DNA of 63,984 nt, filler included, from Nitrospirota bacterium (GCA_011620345.1; 6 parts of 6 records of this genome joined end to end with filler, not necessarily neighbours in it); one strand, 5' to 3'; counted from the first letter of the whole stretch, positions 48,300 to 58,567 are shown. A program made the numbers and translations. Notes: a model not told the origin generated them from the letters alone.

Positions 48300-48626
48300 C
48301 TAGCGGAATACGACCTGCCTCACGCTGGTTTCGCGCTCGATCGCTCCGGCAATCTCTTTCCTTGCCACCTCGTCTAAAATGGGCTCCACCTCGGAGATCC
48401 AGCACCCTTCCTGGTTCTGCCTGATCTTCGGGCCCAGGACAAAACCAGGAACAAGGGCATAGCCCCAACCGCCCGAACCGCAACACGAAGTGTCACAAAC
48501 GGCGTAACCCACGAAGTAGAGCACCTCTTTCCCGGCGTAACGAAGCGTCCTTTCGTGGGTAAGCGCGTAGTGCCCGCTTATGGAAGTCACATCCTCCCCA
48601 AGCATCGGATGCACGAACTCAGGCAT
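48300..48626 (-). CDS. Hypothetical protein with a CDTSCCG motif
   Basis: RBS GGAGG, 108 aa, natural-looking composition. Confidence 0.7.
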   Translation of the reverse strand: MPEFVHPMLGEDVTSISGHYALTHERTLRYAGKEVLYFVGYAVCDTSCCGSGGWGYALVPGFVLGPKIRQNQEGCWISEVEPILDEVARKEIAGAIERETSVRQVVFR

Positions 48627-48690
48627 CGAAACCCCCTCCAATGGCCACTCGATAGCGGCCCTTTGTTCGTCGTTCGCCCAAAAGCGCCCC

Positions 48691-49851
48691 TCAAGGGCCT
48701 TGGTAGGCAAGCCTACCCGCCCTGTATACCCGCCTCACTCCAAAGACGGGGCTAAGGACAACAAAGTCGGCCTGGCAGCCCGGGAGAATGGCCCCCATGC
48801 CCGGAAGCCCGAGTGCCCTGGCCGGGTTGAGACTGAGCATTCTGGCCGCTTCATTCAAAGAAAAGCCTACTTTAACCAAGTTTTGAAATGCCTTGTCCAT
48901 TGTAAGCAGCGAGCCCGCGAGCGTCCCGTCAGAGAGCCTTGCCCTGCCCGCCTTGACCTCAACCTCCAACCCGCCAAGCCGGTAGCCCCCATCGGGCAGG
49001 CCCGTCGCCGCGATCTGGTCGGTAACGGCAACGAGCCGATCCAAAGAGGCGGCATTACGTACAAAACGGAGCATCTCCGGAGCAACGTGAACAAGGTCGC
49101 ATATGAGTTCGAGGTACGCTTGCGGGCTTTCAAGCAGCGCGAGCGCCGCGCCCGGATCTCTGTGGTGAACGGGGCGCATCGCGTTGAACAGATGGGTTGC
49201 ACGGTCGGCACCCCGGTAAAGGGCCTTTTTGGCCTCGTCAAAGCTTGCCCCCGTATGGCCTAGCGCCACTTTAAGGCCAAGGTTGGCCGCCTCGGAAACA
49301 AGCTCGAGGGCGCCCGCAAGCTCAGGAGCGAGCGTGAGCCCTCGAAGCGTGCCTTTGGAAAGCTTTGCTAACAGAGTAAGCTCTTTCGTGTCGGGAAGCC
49401 TTAGGCTTTCCTCGGCATGGGCACCCTTAAAACCGGGGGAAAGGTAGGGCCCTTCCAGCCAAACCCCGAGCGCTTGGGCGCCCGGCTTACGAGGATCGCA
49501 AAAAGCCCCCCCAAACGCCTTCATGAGCCCTTCTAGCGTTCCAGGCCCAAGCGAGACGAGCGTTGGAAGGAATGCCGTCACTCCGTGGCTTATGAGTGCC
49601 CCCGCCATACCCTCCAACGCATCCGTTAGCTCGGCCCCACCGGATGCCTCAGACGGGTCGAACCCGCAAACTCCGTGCGTGTGGATGTCGATGAACCCGG
49701 GGGCGAGCAAAAGCCCGCCCAAATCTTCCCCTTTCGAGTCGACCCCCTCGAACACCTCCGCGAGGCACCCCTCTGCCACACGGACGGTTCCTGGAAAAAC
49801 CGTCTCGTACGGCGTCAGGATCTTTGCATTCGTAAGGCTCAGCATACTCAC
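48691..49851 (-). CDS. nagA: N-acetylglucosamine-6-phosphate deacetylase
   Basis: PGFIDIHTHG, LEGPY, GAH, TLAPE, THLFNAM, VTD, LAGS. Confidence 0.94.
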   Translation of the reverse strand: MSMLSLTNAKILTPYETVFPGTVRVAEGCLAEVFEGVDSKGEDLGGLLLAPGFIDIHTHGVCGFDPSEASGGAELTDALEGMAGALISHGVTAFLPTLVSLGPGTLEGLMKAFGGAFCDPRKPGAQALGVWLEGPYLSPGFKGAHAEESLRLPDTKELTLLAKLSKGTLRGLTLAPELAGALELVSEAANLGLKVALGHTGASFDEAKKALYRGADRATHLFNAMRPVHHRDPGAALALLESPQAYLELICDLVHVAPEMLRFVRNAASLDRLVAVTDQIAATGLPDGGYRLGGLEVEVKAGRARLSDGTLAGSLLTMDKAFQNLVKVGFSLNEAARMLSLNPARALGLPGMGAILPGCQADFVVLSPVFGVRRVYRAGRLAYQGP

Positions 49852-49927
49852 CAGGGTTTGCGCGTGCTCCCGATCCTGAGGATAATCCTAAAAATAAGCC
49901 AACGACAACAAAAAAAGGAGGAACAAC

Positions 49928-50374
49928 ATGCCAAAACGCGCTCTTTTTTCGACCCGGCCTTTTCTTACGCTCGAAGGCGCACGAGTCATTCTCGAAGCGG
50001 CCAAGGAAAAGGCCAAAGAGATCGGCGTGGACATGGACATTGCGGTCGTTGATGGAGGCGGCCACTTAATCGCGTTCGAACGGATGGATGCGGCTAAAAT
50101 CACGGGCATCGACATCGCCATCAACAAGGCCTTCACCTCGGCCTGCACGCGCAAGCCCACTTCCGAGTACGCGAAGATCGCCGGCCCGGGCGGGGAGGCG
50201 TTCGGCATCCACGCCTCCAACCAGGGTCGGTTCATGGTCTTTGGCGGAGGTGTACCTATCGTTATACACGACGAGGTCGTTGGCGCCGTAGGCTGCTCCT
50301 CGGGAAGTGCCGCGCAGGACGAGGCCGTCGCCAGCGCCGGCATCGAGGCTTTCCTTCAAATACTCAAGGGTTAG
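49928..50374 (+). CDS. GlcG/HbpS heme-binding family protein
   Basis: IAVVDGGG..FERMD, AINKAFTS, GGGVPI, GAVGCS..QDE. Confidence 0.9.
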   Translation: MPKRALFSTRPFLTLEGARVILEAAKEKAKEIGVDMDIAVVDGGGHLIAFERMDAAKITGIDIAINKAFTSACTRKPTSEYAKIAGPGGEAFGIHASNQGRFMVFGGGVPIVIHDEVVGAVGCSSGSAAQDEAVASAGIEAFLQILKG

Positions 50375-51176
50375 GCCCTATGCGCGACATAAGAAACACC
50401 CATTCCTCCCAGCCTGGACTTAAGGGCTCGAGCGGGTACCAGCCATCGCCCTGGCTAACAGGCAGACCAGCAGGGGGCGACTGGGGCATCGGGACCTGTT
50501 GTGGGGGAACCCCAGGGGCCTGAACGGGCCTTGGCGGCTGGGCCGGGGCCGGGGCAGACACTGTAGGGGCCGGGGTTGAAGCACTGGGGGGTGCACCAAG
50601 GGATGGCTGGGCCGGTGCAGCGGGTACTTGCGCCCCCTGGGACAAGGCCTGCGCGTAAGAACGCTCCAAACAGGCAAACCCTTCATCGATGCCCTCTTCT
50701 GCACCTTCCTGGGTAGGAAAATCGTAGCGGGCGAGCGAACCGTCCGGACAGCCAACCTCCAAGAGCAGCCTCTGGCCGTCTGAAATTCCGCGGTACGTGT
50801 AAGTTTGCCCGTTGGCGTCTATCATCGTGTAGCGTAGCGCATTCCGCCCCTCGATAGGCACACTTTCCGGAACGAGCGTGTAGAGAAGCTCCTCGTTGTG
50901 GGAATACACCCTCGGGTAGCCAAGGATGCCGAGCGAGACGACGGTAGGCTCTCCGAGCTTAAGCTCCATCGTGTAGCCGCCTTCGTAGGTTGCACGCCCC
51001 ACGGCCTTTTCCGTATCGATCTCGCAGGAAATGAACGGCCCGCGTTCATCCCAGGCATGCAAGAGGGGATAGATGCACGATTCTTCCCAGCTTGGCTCCG
51101 CCCAAAGTGCAGATGGAAGGCAAAGGCAAGCAATAACGCTTACCCAAAGCAAGCTTGCAGCAGCCCAAACGCGCAT
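50364..51176 (-). CDS. Secreted hypothetical protein with a Pro-rich linker
   Basis: RBS GGAGG, signal peptide ending LWA, PAP-rich region. Confidence 0.7.
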   Translation of the reverse strand: MRVWAAASLLWVSVIACLCLPSALWAEPSWEESCIYPLLHAWDERGPFISCEIDTEKAVGRATYEGGYTMELKLGEPTVVSLGILGYPRVYSHNEELLYTLVPESVPIEGRNALRYTMIDANGQTYTYRGISDGQRLLLEVGCPDGSLARYDFPTQEGAEEGIDEGFACLERSYAQALSQGAQVPAAPAQPSLGAPPSASTPAPTVSAPAPAQPPRPVQAPGVPPQQVPMPQSPPAGLPVSQGDGWYPLEPLSPGWEEWVFLMSRIGPNP

Positions 51177-51203
51177 GTCCGCCCCTCCGTGCTCCTTATT
51201 GTG

Positions 51204-51941
51204 TTATTGCCCTTGTTGTTCGCCTTCCTTTCCGCTTTCCAGAAAATGCTCCTTTGCTTCCTCTAGGTAGGCAAGGTCGAAGCGAAGGTAGGGCGGCAAC
51301 GTAAGCGCAAGGCCTCGATAAAAGGAATGCCCTGTTTGCTCAAGGACAAGCTCGGAGAGCTTGTCTACGAAGCTCAACGGATGGGCCTTCAAGAATTCGA
51401 TCGAAGTCGAGATGTCTTTGAGGGCCTCCTCGATGCCATCTTGCCCCTTCTCCTCGAGCGTGTCAGCGATCCGCTCCGAGAGCCTCGCTAAGAACAGCAG
51501 CTCGAGGCCTAAGTGGTCCTCGGGCTCGTTCGATTCCTGCTTGAGCTCAAACTTGGCCATCCAGTAGGCCTTGTAGACCTCGTCCCTTGGCTCGTCCATC
51601 AGCATCCTGTGCTTGCCCCGGAACAGGGATTCGTAAGGATAAGGCGATTCTTTTGCAGAAACACCCGGAGGCACGATAAACAGCTTGGCGTACTCCGTGG
51701 CCGCTTCCTTAAGCGGCATCTCCTTGTCCTGCTCCTTCGCGACCCTTTGGAGAAAGTCCCTAAAAAGGGCGAGGCCTTCTTGGTAGCGCTCGCTCTCAAC
51801 CAGCTTCTCCAGCGCTCCAAGCCCTTGGAGAACGCCTTCTAGGTCTCCTAAGACCTCTTCGTTAGGGTCCTTATAAAGAGAAATGCCGAAAAAAGCAAGC
51901 AAGTCTCTTCTTGCCTTAAAGGCTTGAATAATCTCGTCCAT
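51204..51941 (-). CDS. TorD/DmsD family chaperone
   Basis: EYAKLF, PYESLF, EPEDHLGLEL. Confidence 0.9.
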   Translation of the reverse strand: MDEIIQAFKARRDLLAFFGISLYKDPNEEVLGDLEGVLQGLGALEKLVESERYQEGLALFRDFLQRVAKEQDKEMPLKEAATEYAKLFIVPPGVSAKESPYPYESLFRGKHRMLMDEPRDEVYKAYWMAKFELKQESNEPEDHLGLELLFLARLSERIADTLEEKGQDGIEEALKDISTSIEFLKAHPLSFVDKLSELVLEQTGHSFYRGLALTLPPYLRFDLAYLEEAKEHFLESGKEGEQQGQ

Positions 51942-51973
51942 CGAATCCCCTTCGTAGTTCGTCGGCCAGCCTT

Positions 51974-53053
51974 TTACGAAAGGCTGGCCCTGGCTTTTTT
52001 CACGCACGCTGGGCAGAGCGTCCGCTCGCCCGCAAACAACCATTCCCTTTTACATCCAGCGCAGGGTCGCTTCTCAACGAGGACCAATACGGCCTCCCGA
52101 ACGTCCAACCCGCAAGGCTTGAGCGAAAGCGCTTTTTCAAAACAGACATCCTGGCACATCCCGCACCCAAGGCACTTTAGAGCGTCAAAAACGAAGGCCT
52201 GCTTGCCGTCAACGTCCTTCACGTCCAGCGCCTTCGTAGGGCAGAGCCTGCTGCAGACCATGCAGGCGCTGCAACGCTCGGCGTCGATCTCGGGACGATG
52301 GAACAGTTTACTCCAAAGCGCAGGCCACGCCTGAAGTGTGGGTAGCTTCCCGGACCGGCTCACCGCTCGTTTGACCCCCAAAGCGACCCCTGGGTCGCTG
52401 GTTTTGGCCTTGGGTAGAAGGCTGGACAAGCTCCTTGCCGCACCCTTTTGGGCAGACCCCGCCAAAAAATTGAAGAAGGAACGCCTAGAGAGTTGATTTT
52501 GCTGCTCGAAGGCATCGTTTTCCGGCATGGGCCCACGCTCGATGGTAAGCAGCCCGGTGTGTAGCCGATCCCCTTCGAACGCCCAAGGCTTCTTTTGGCC
52601 CTCTGCGCACTCCTGGCAATTCCCAACCCAGATGGTCACGGACGTTTCGCCGAGGGTCGCAAGGCCGGCCAGCCAAGCGGGAAACAGCATCCCAAGGCAG
52701 CCAATTTGCATTCGTTGCCTTGCCATAAGCTGGGCCTCGTCAATCCGCTTCTTGCAGGCAAACAGCCTTCTTTTGTCGTTCAGCGTCAGAAACCCCGCGC
52801 CTAAAGCTTGCTTTACGGCCACGGCGATCGCGCCCGTTGGACAGGCCGCCATACACAGCCCGCACAGCGTGCATCGCTCGTTTACGCTGAACCCCTCTTT
52901 GCCGATCGTGAGCGCGCCCTCGGGGCATGCGTCCTTGCATCGGGTACAAGAAGACAGGCGGCTACGGATGCGAAGGCAGCGCTCGAGCTCCAACCGAAAC
53001 GCGTTTTCCTGTCCCATCATTCGAAGGACGAGCCCGGCAGGGTTTAGCGCCAT
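51974..53053 (-). CDS. Multi-4Fe-4S protein
   Basis: Four ferredoxin-like CxxCxx(x)C motifs plus terminal CxxC pairs. Confidence 0.88.
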   Translation of the reverse strand: MALNPAGLVLRMMGQENAFRLELERCLRIRSRLSSCTRCKDACPEGALTIGKEGFSVNERCTLCGLCMAACPTGAIAVAVKQALGAGFLTLNDKRRLFACKKRIDEAQLMARQRMQIGCLGMLFPAWLAGLATLGETSVTIWVGNCQECAEGQKKPWAFEGDRLHTGLLTIERGPMPENDAFEQQNQLSRRSFFNFLAGSAQKGAARSLSSLLPKAKTSDPGVALGVKRAVSRSGKLPTLQAWPALWSKLFHRPEIDAERCSACMVCSRLCPTKALDVKDVDGKQAFVFDALKCLGCGMCQDVCFEKALSLKPCGLDVREAVLVLVEKRPCAGCKREWLFAGERTLCPACVKKARASLS

Positions 53054-53100
53054 AGCGGTAAAGCCCCCTTTGGACCTTTGGCCAAATGCTTTTTCATCGT

Positions 53101-53703
53101 CTAATCCTGCACTTCGATGTAAACGGCATAGGGGGGTGAGACATAGCCCTTTGCATGGTATGGCATCGGCCCGACTTGGACATAGAACGTTCCCGCTGGA
53201 AGGCCATACACCATCGAAACCCGCTCGAAGTCCGGGAACACGGCCCTAGGGGGCAAAAGCACCTTGCCATCCGGCTTGAGCACGCCAAACAAGATGGCGG
53301 CACCACTCGAACCCTCGGGAAAAGCCAGCATTATGGCCACCTGAGCGGGGCCATCGAGCGAAAAGGCGTACACGTCCACGTCGTCGTCTTGAAGTTGGCC
53401 CTCGAGGTCCCTTGCAAACGGCAGGGCTTGGGCCTCGCTTGGCGTATCGTTAGGCTCTTTTTCTTTGAGCGGGGGAAGGTGAACGCCTTGGGCCGGAACG
53501 GCCTCCCCTTGGGGCTGGCCTCCTTGCTGAGGAGTAAGCTGAACGACGTTCCCAAGAAGATCCTGGACCCCCGCAGGAAGGTTAAGCGTTTGCGCCCGAA
53601 GGCTTTGCGCAACCATCAAAAACCCAAGCCCAACCCCTGCAAAAAGGGATAGAAGACGCCCTTTGTGCACGCATACGGCTAGGATTTTACCTCGATCAAT
53701 CAT
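53101..53703 (-). CDS. Secreted PPC-like beta-sandwich protein
   Basis: EKEPNDT..EA, DDVDVYAF, LPAGTFYVQV; start uncertain. Confidence 0.65.
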   Translation of the reverse strand: MIDRGKILAVCVHKGRLLSLFAGVGLGFLMVAQSLRAQTLNLPAGVQDLLGNVVQLTPQQGGQPQGEAVPAQGVHLPPLKEKEPNDTPSEAQALPFARDLEGQLQDDDVDVYAFSLDGPAQVAIMLAFPEGSSGAAILFGVLKPDGKVLLPPRAVFPDFERVSMVYGLPAGTFYVQVGPMPYHAKGYVSPPYAVYIEVQD

Positions 53704-53736
53704 TAAAAGGTGCATCCAATTGCTTTGTTTTTTTCA

Positions 53737-55386
53737 TTATAGCGAACCGGACGCTGGAAAGCGAACGGGCGCCGGCTGCATCCCCAAGCTCGCTCCAAAC
53801 AACGCCTCGTACTGCGAGCGGACGGCCTTGGGCAAATCCGTTGCGACCATCCGGCCGTCTTCCTGGGGCGTGATCGGAGAACGGCGGGCAAGGTAGGCCT
53901 TGATCGCCTCATGAATCCCCGTATCCAGCACGCGCGTATCCAACGCGTGAGGGATCCTGCAGAGCACATCGGGGGCATCCCCCTCCCTTTGGCAGGATAC
54001 GACGCTGTAGAGCCTTTCTTCTTGAAGGGGGGATCCATTCACGAAAACCTCTTTGAGCCGTTCCCCCTTTTTGGCAAACGCCTCAAAGACCACCTTCATT
54101 CCGGAGAACCTAGGAAGCCAACCACCAAAAAGCCGATCCGGGTTTCTAGAGAAGACATGCTCGAGCTCTTCCTCTAAAAAGGACTTGAGCTGCCAGCCGT
54201 AGACTTTCCCCACCTTCAACGGCTCTGGGTTGGGCAGTGCGCTCCAAAGGTCCGCCTCCAAAATCGGCCCGGGCTCGATCACGGGTCCAAACCTAAAGCC
54301 GTTGCTAAGAGCGATATCTGTTCCCGCGGCCTCGCGCATCGCATCCGTGATCACGCGATCGAGCGGGGTATCGAGCACGTCGTGACGATAAAGCGGCCCC
54401 AAGGTCTCGCCGATCACCTCCCCCATGAGGACTGAGAACGGACCGAGTGCCTTCGTAATGGCCTCTTTGACCGGCGCGTCCTCCTTAAATCGATCCGGAG
54501 TTACGGGAAGGAGCTTCCAGCTTCGATCGACAACCCTGCCGTTTTGTACGGTCAAATCGAGCCTCCCAAGGAAAGAACCGAACGCTCCGGGCTCGATAAC
54601 CCAAGCCGAGCCTACTTGGACGGGAACAAACGTCCGCTCGTGCGTATCGCCGGACAAAAAGATGTCCACTCCCTCGACCCTTCTTGCGAGGTCCGTCGCC
54701 CTGATCAGCCCTACATGCGTAGCAAGGATGACGATGTCCGCCCCCTTCTTGCGCACTGCCTGGATAAAAGGCCCGAGCACGTCTGGTCCGGCATATCCAA
54801 GCCCCACCGAATACCCAGGCGGCTGGCGCTTGGGGACGTCCGGGTCGGTAAACCCTATGACGGCCACGCGAACACCATCCAGATCGGCCATGATATAGGG
54901 GGGGAATACCAGCGTCTTTGTCTTTTCCTCGTACACGTTCGCGGCGATCGTTGGGTACTCGAGCGCCCTGGTAAGCTCACGCATCGCATGCGCCCCGTAG
55001 GCCACCTCCCAGTTCCCTGGAAGCGCCACGTCCGGCTTGAGCGCGTTCATAGGGCCTAAGAGCGCGCGGCCTTTGGAGAGGCTTGCCGGCCCGGAACCCT
55101 GGAACGTATCGCCCAAGTCGACAAAAAGAACGCCGGCTGGGTTTGCCTTACGGCACGCCCGGACATAGCCGGCAACCCTAGCTAACCCTCCCGCGGGCTT
55201 GATCAAAGAGGATTGACCTTGCCAAAACAGCTCAGGATGTGTTTCGAGCTGGGCGTGCAGGTCCGCCATAACGAGCAAGGTTACCCTTTTCGATGGGCCT
55301 TGCGCGGACCCTGGACGAACGCCGCAGCCGAGAGCAAAAGCAAGGAAAGCGCCAAAAAACAACCGCCAAACGCCCTGCAAAAACAT
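53737..55386 (-). CDS. SoxB-like metallophosphoesterase/5'-nucleotidase family, probable lipoprotein
   Basis: DLHAQL, GDTFQG, GNWE, SGDTHE, GAFGSFLG, LSNGFRFG; lipobox-like ALGC. Confidence 0.8.
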   Translation of the reverse strand: MFLQGVWRLFFGAFLAFALGCGVRPGSAQGPSKRVTLLVMADLHAQLETHPELFWQGQSSLIKPAGGLARVAGYVRACRKANPAGVLFVDLGDTFQGSGPASLSKGRALLGPMNALKPDVALPGNWEVAYGAHAMRELTRALEYPTIAANVYEEKTKTLVFPPYIMADLDGVRVAVIGFTDPDVPKRQPPGYSVGLGYAGPDVLGPFIQAVRKKGADIVILATHVGLIRATDLARRVEGVDIFLSGDTHERTFVPVQVGSAWVIEPGAFGSFLGRLDLTVQNGRVVDRSWKLLPVTPDRFKEDAPVKEAITKALGPFSVLMGEVIGETLGPLYRHDVLDTPLDRVITDAMREAAGTDIALSNGFRFGPVIEPGPILEADLWSALPNPEPLKVGKVYGWQLKSFLEEELEHVFSRNPDRLFGGWLPRFSGMKVVFEAFAKKGERLKEVFVNGSPLQEERLYSVVSCQREGDAPDVLCRIPHALDTRVLDTGIHEAIKAYLARRSPITPQEDGRMVATDLPKAVRSQYEALFGASLGMQPAPVRFPASGSL

Positions 55387-55489
55387 GCTACCCCTCCCTT
55401 TTCTTCTAACGGGCATTCTACTATAGAATAGAAAACAATAGGGAAACGCCTCGTTGCAGGCTCAACCCAAAAAGCAAAGGAGGAACACT

Positions 55490-56899
55490 ATGATCGAGAC
55501 AAAAACGGACCTCGCAAAAAAGCTCAAGGGTATCGTCCGGTTCGATTCTGCCGGATCCTTGGTGGAACTCTCGGAATCGGCGCTGTCAGAAGGAACCATC
55601 GACGAACTCGTCGAATCGTACGTTTTCACCGAAGACGCAACGCTCAAAGATGCGCTATACCATCTTATCGGGGCTATCGCCCAAAGACTTGGCATTTGGT
55701 CTGCCTCGATCCAGGGGCTCTACGAGGCGATGGGGCGTGGGGAGTGCTCCGGGTTCACCGTCCCCGCTATGAACCTGCGCGGAATGACGTACGATATGGC
55801 GCGCGCGGCGTTCCGCGCGGCCAAGCGCCTTAACACGAAGGCGTTCATCTTGGAGATCGCCAAATCCGAGATCGGCTACACGTTCCAGCGTCCGGCCGAG
55901 TACCGAACGGTCCTATTGGCCGCGGCCATCAAGGAGGGCCACAAAGGACCCGTCTTCATCCAGGGCGACCATTTCCAGATCAACGCCAAGAACTTTGCCC
56001 AAGACCCCCAAAAAGAGGTGCAGGGACTTAAGGCGCTCGTAAAAGAGGCGCTCGAAGCGGAGTTTTTCAACATCGACATCGACGCCTCGACGGTCGTGGA
56101 CCTAAGCAAGCCGACCCATGCCGAGCAACAGCGGAACAACTACGAGATCGAGGCCGAGCTCGTCCGGCACATCCGGGCCCTGGAACCCAAGGGGGTTACG
56201 GTATCGGTGGGCGGGGAAATCGGCGAAGTGGGCAAGGTGAATTCGACGCCCGAAGATCTCATCGCCTTTATGGACGGGCTTATCAAGGAGCTGCAAACAA
56301 AAGGAAACCTCAAGGCAATCAGCAAAATCTCCGTACAGACGGGAACGTCGCACGGCGGTGTCGTCTTGCCCGACGGAACGATCGCCAAGGTCAAGCTCGA
56401 CTTCGACGTGCTAGAGAAGCTCTCCAAGCTATCGAGGGAACGCTACGGGCTCTCAGGGGCCGTCCAGCACGGCGCCTCTACCCTTCCGGACGAGGCCTTC
56501 GATGAGTTCCCCAAGCGGGGTACGGCAGAGATTCACTTGGCCACCGGCTTCCAGAACCTCCTGCTCGACCACCCCAGGTTGCCGTTAGATTTCCAGCACG
56601 AGCTGATGAGCTACATGGATAAAAACTTCGTCAACGAAAAGAAGCCCGACGAAACGCAAGAGCAGTTCTACTACAAAACGAGGAAAAAGGTCTTCGGGCC
56701 GTTCAAGCGGGCATTCTGGAGCCTACCCAAGGACTTTAAAGGGGACTTCGGGAAAGACTTGGAAGACCGTTTCGTCTTTCTGTTTGAAAAACTCGGCGTT
56801 CGGGACAGGACTGGTCTTGTTGAGCGCTACATCACCCCCACCGAGCTCGAGCGAAGCCCCTCGAAGACCACGCTCGACATCCTAAAAACACTCGCATAG
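55490..56899 (+). CDS. Class II fructose-bisphosphate aldolase family protein
   Basis: FTVPAMN, QGDHFQ, GGEIGEVG, TGTSHGG, VQHGAS, HLATGFQ. Confidence 0.88.
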   Translation: MIETKTDLAKKLKGIVRFDSAGSLVELSESALSEGTIDELVESYVFTEDATLKDALYHLIGAIAQRLGIWSASIQGLYEAMGRGECSGFTVPAMNLRGMTYDMARAAFRAAKRLNTKAFILEIAKSEIGYTFQRPAEYRTVLLAAAIKEGHKGPVFIQGDHFQINAKNFAQDPQKEVQGLKALVKEALEAEFFNIDIDASTVVDLSKPTHAEQQRNNYEIEAELVRHIRALEPKGVTVSVGGEIGEVGKVNSTPEDLIAFMDGLIKELQTKGNLKAISKISVQTGTSHGGVVLPDGTIAKVKLDFDVLEKLSKLSRERYGLSGAVQHGASTLPDEAFDEFPKRGTAEIHLATGFQNLLLDHPRLPLDFQHELMSYMDKNFVNEKKPDETQEQFYYKTRKKVFGPFKRAFWSLPKDFKGDFGKDLEDRFVFLFEKLGVRDRTGLVERYITPTELERSPSKTTLDILKTLA

Positions 56900-56913
56900 C
56901 CAGGAGGCCCCCT

Positions 56914-57945
56914 ATGAAAGCGCTCGTTTTGAAAGCCCACGGCGAGATAGGCCAGGTCGCCCTAGAGGAGGTGGAAGCCCCAAAGCCCAAAAGAGGAGAG
57001 GTGCTCGTCAACATCAAGGCCGCGGCCTTGAACCATTTAGACCTCTGGGTCGTCCATGGGATGCCCGGCCTGAAACTCCAATTTCCTCACGTTTTGGGGG
57101 CGGACGGCTCCGGGGTCGTGGCTCAAGTGGGTGAAGGGGTTACGCGAGTCAAAAGGGGTGACCCCGTCATGATCAACCCTGGCCTAAGCTGCGGAACCTG
57201 CGAGTACTGCGAGATGGGAGAGCACAGCCTCTGCCCAAAGTTCAGCATCCTGGGTGAGCACGTTCCTGGCACGTTTGCCGAGTACGTGGCCGTTCCGGAA
57301 ACGAACGTCGTGGCGCTACCCAAAGCCTCCTCTTACGAGGAAGCGGCCGCTTCCTCGCTCGTGTTCCTTACCGCCTGGCGGATGCTCGTGACTAGGGGGC
57401 GCATCAAACCCTCGGAGACGATCCTCATCCACGGGATCGGGGGAGGAGTTTCGCTTGCATGCTTGCAGATCGCGCTCGCTACGGGCCTTCGGGCCATCGT
57501 TACGTCCTCTTCGACAGACAAGGTCGAGCGGGCTATGGGGCTCGGCGCACACTTCGGGATCAACCACACGCTAAAGGACGTCGCAAAAGAGGTGCGCGAG
57601 CTCACCAACGGCCAAGGCGTGGATACCGTGGTCGACTCGGTAGGCGAACAAACTTGGGGAACCTCGCTCAAATGCCTCAAGAAGGGGGGAAGGCTGGTAA
57701 CCTGCGGGGCTACGACGGGAGGCAACCCCCCAGCCGACATCAACCGGATTTTTTGGAACCAGATTTCGATCATCGGTTCTACGATGGGATCGATGAACGA
57801 CTTTCGAGAGTTCGTGCGGTTCATGGGGATCAAAAAGATCCGTCCCATCATCCACAGGTCCTACTCCTTGGAGGAAGGGATGACGGCGCTTGAGGACCTC
57901 AAAAATCAAAGACAGTTCGGCAAGATCGTGTTGAACGTAAGCTAA
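56914..57945 (+). CDS. Zinc-binding alcohol dehydrogenase (MDR) family
   Basis: LNHLD, LGADGSG, CxxCxxC..C, GIGGGV, CGATTG, FGKIV. Confidence 0.92.
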   Translation: MKALVLKAHGEIGQVALEEVEAPKPKRGEVLVNIKAAALNHLDLWVVHGMPGLKLQFPHVLGADGSGVVAQVGEGVTRVKRGDPVMINPGLSCGTCEYCEMGEHSLCPKFSILGEHVPGTFAEYVAVPETNVVALPKASSYEEAAASSLVFLTAWRMLVTRGRIKPSETILIHGIGGGVSLACLQIALATGLRAIVTSSSTDKVERAMGLGAHFGINHTLKDVAKEVRELTNGQGVDTVVDSVGEQTWGTSLKCLKKGGRLVTCGATTGGNPPADINRIFWNQISIIGSTMGSMNDFREFVRFMGIKKIRPIIHRSYSLEEGMTALEDLKNQRQFGKIVLNVS

Positions 57946-58502
57946 CGCGTATCGAGTGTCGTCAAGAATGTCGCCCGGTCCGGGGCACCGGTATGGCTGT
58001 AGGCGAGGTACGAGAGGTCCAGGTGGTTCGTGTCGACGCCTTTCTTCAGCAGGTTAAACAAAAGCGTGACTCTTCGGGATGCAAGGGGGCCTAATGGAAG
58101 GCTTTGCTGGGAAGGGCTTCTTGGCGCCTCCCTGATGGCGTCGAGGTCTTTAGAGGAGCGAACCTGGCCAATCGGGTAATCGAAAAGAACAGGCGGAAAC
58201 GGCCTGGCAAAGGCCAGCACAAGCCCAGACGAGCCGCCAAGCGCGTCGTACTTGTCGGCATCTGTAATGTAGAAAAGCAAGACGTTGTAAGGGTTGAGTA
58301 CCAGCGTTTCGCTTGAGGTGTTTTTGACCTCCAACTCGAGAGCCCAGGCGTCCCCGTAACCGGGTCCTCTTATGATTTTGCGATCTTTGACCGTCGCAAC
58401 GAGCGCAAGCTCTGGCGCTTGGGCCTCCTGCCCGAAGCTTGGGGGAGCGACCATACAAAGAAGCGCCACAAAAACCAGGAACAGCATTGCCTTTGCTTTC
58501 AT
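57942..58502 (-). CDS. Secreted hypothetical protein
   Basis: Signal peptide; LEVKNTS..TL..NP beta pattern. Confidence 0.6.
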   Translation of the reverse strand: MKAKAMLFLVFVALLCMVAPPSFGQEAQAPELALVATVKDRKIIRGPGYGDAWALELEVKNTSSETLVLNPYNVLLFYITDADKYDALGGSSGLVLAFARPFPPVLFDYPIGQVRSSKDLDAIREAPRSPSQQSLPLGPLASRRVTLLFNLLKKGVDTNHLDLSYLAYSHTGAPDRATFLTTLDTR

Positions 58503-58567
58503 GCCTTCAAGTGTAACGCCAAGGCCGCCCCAGCACAAACAACTGCAATTCTTTGCCTTGGAAGGCG

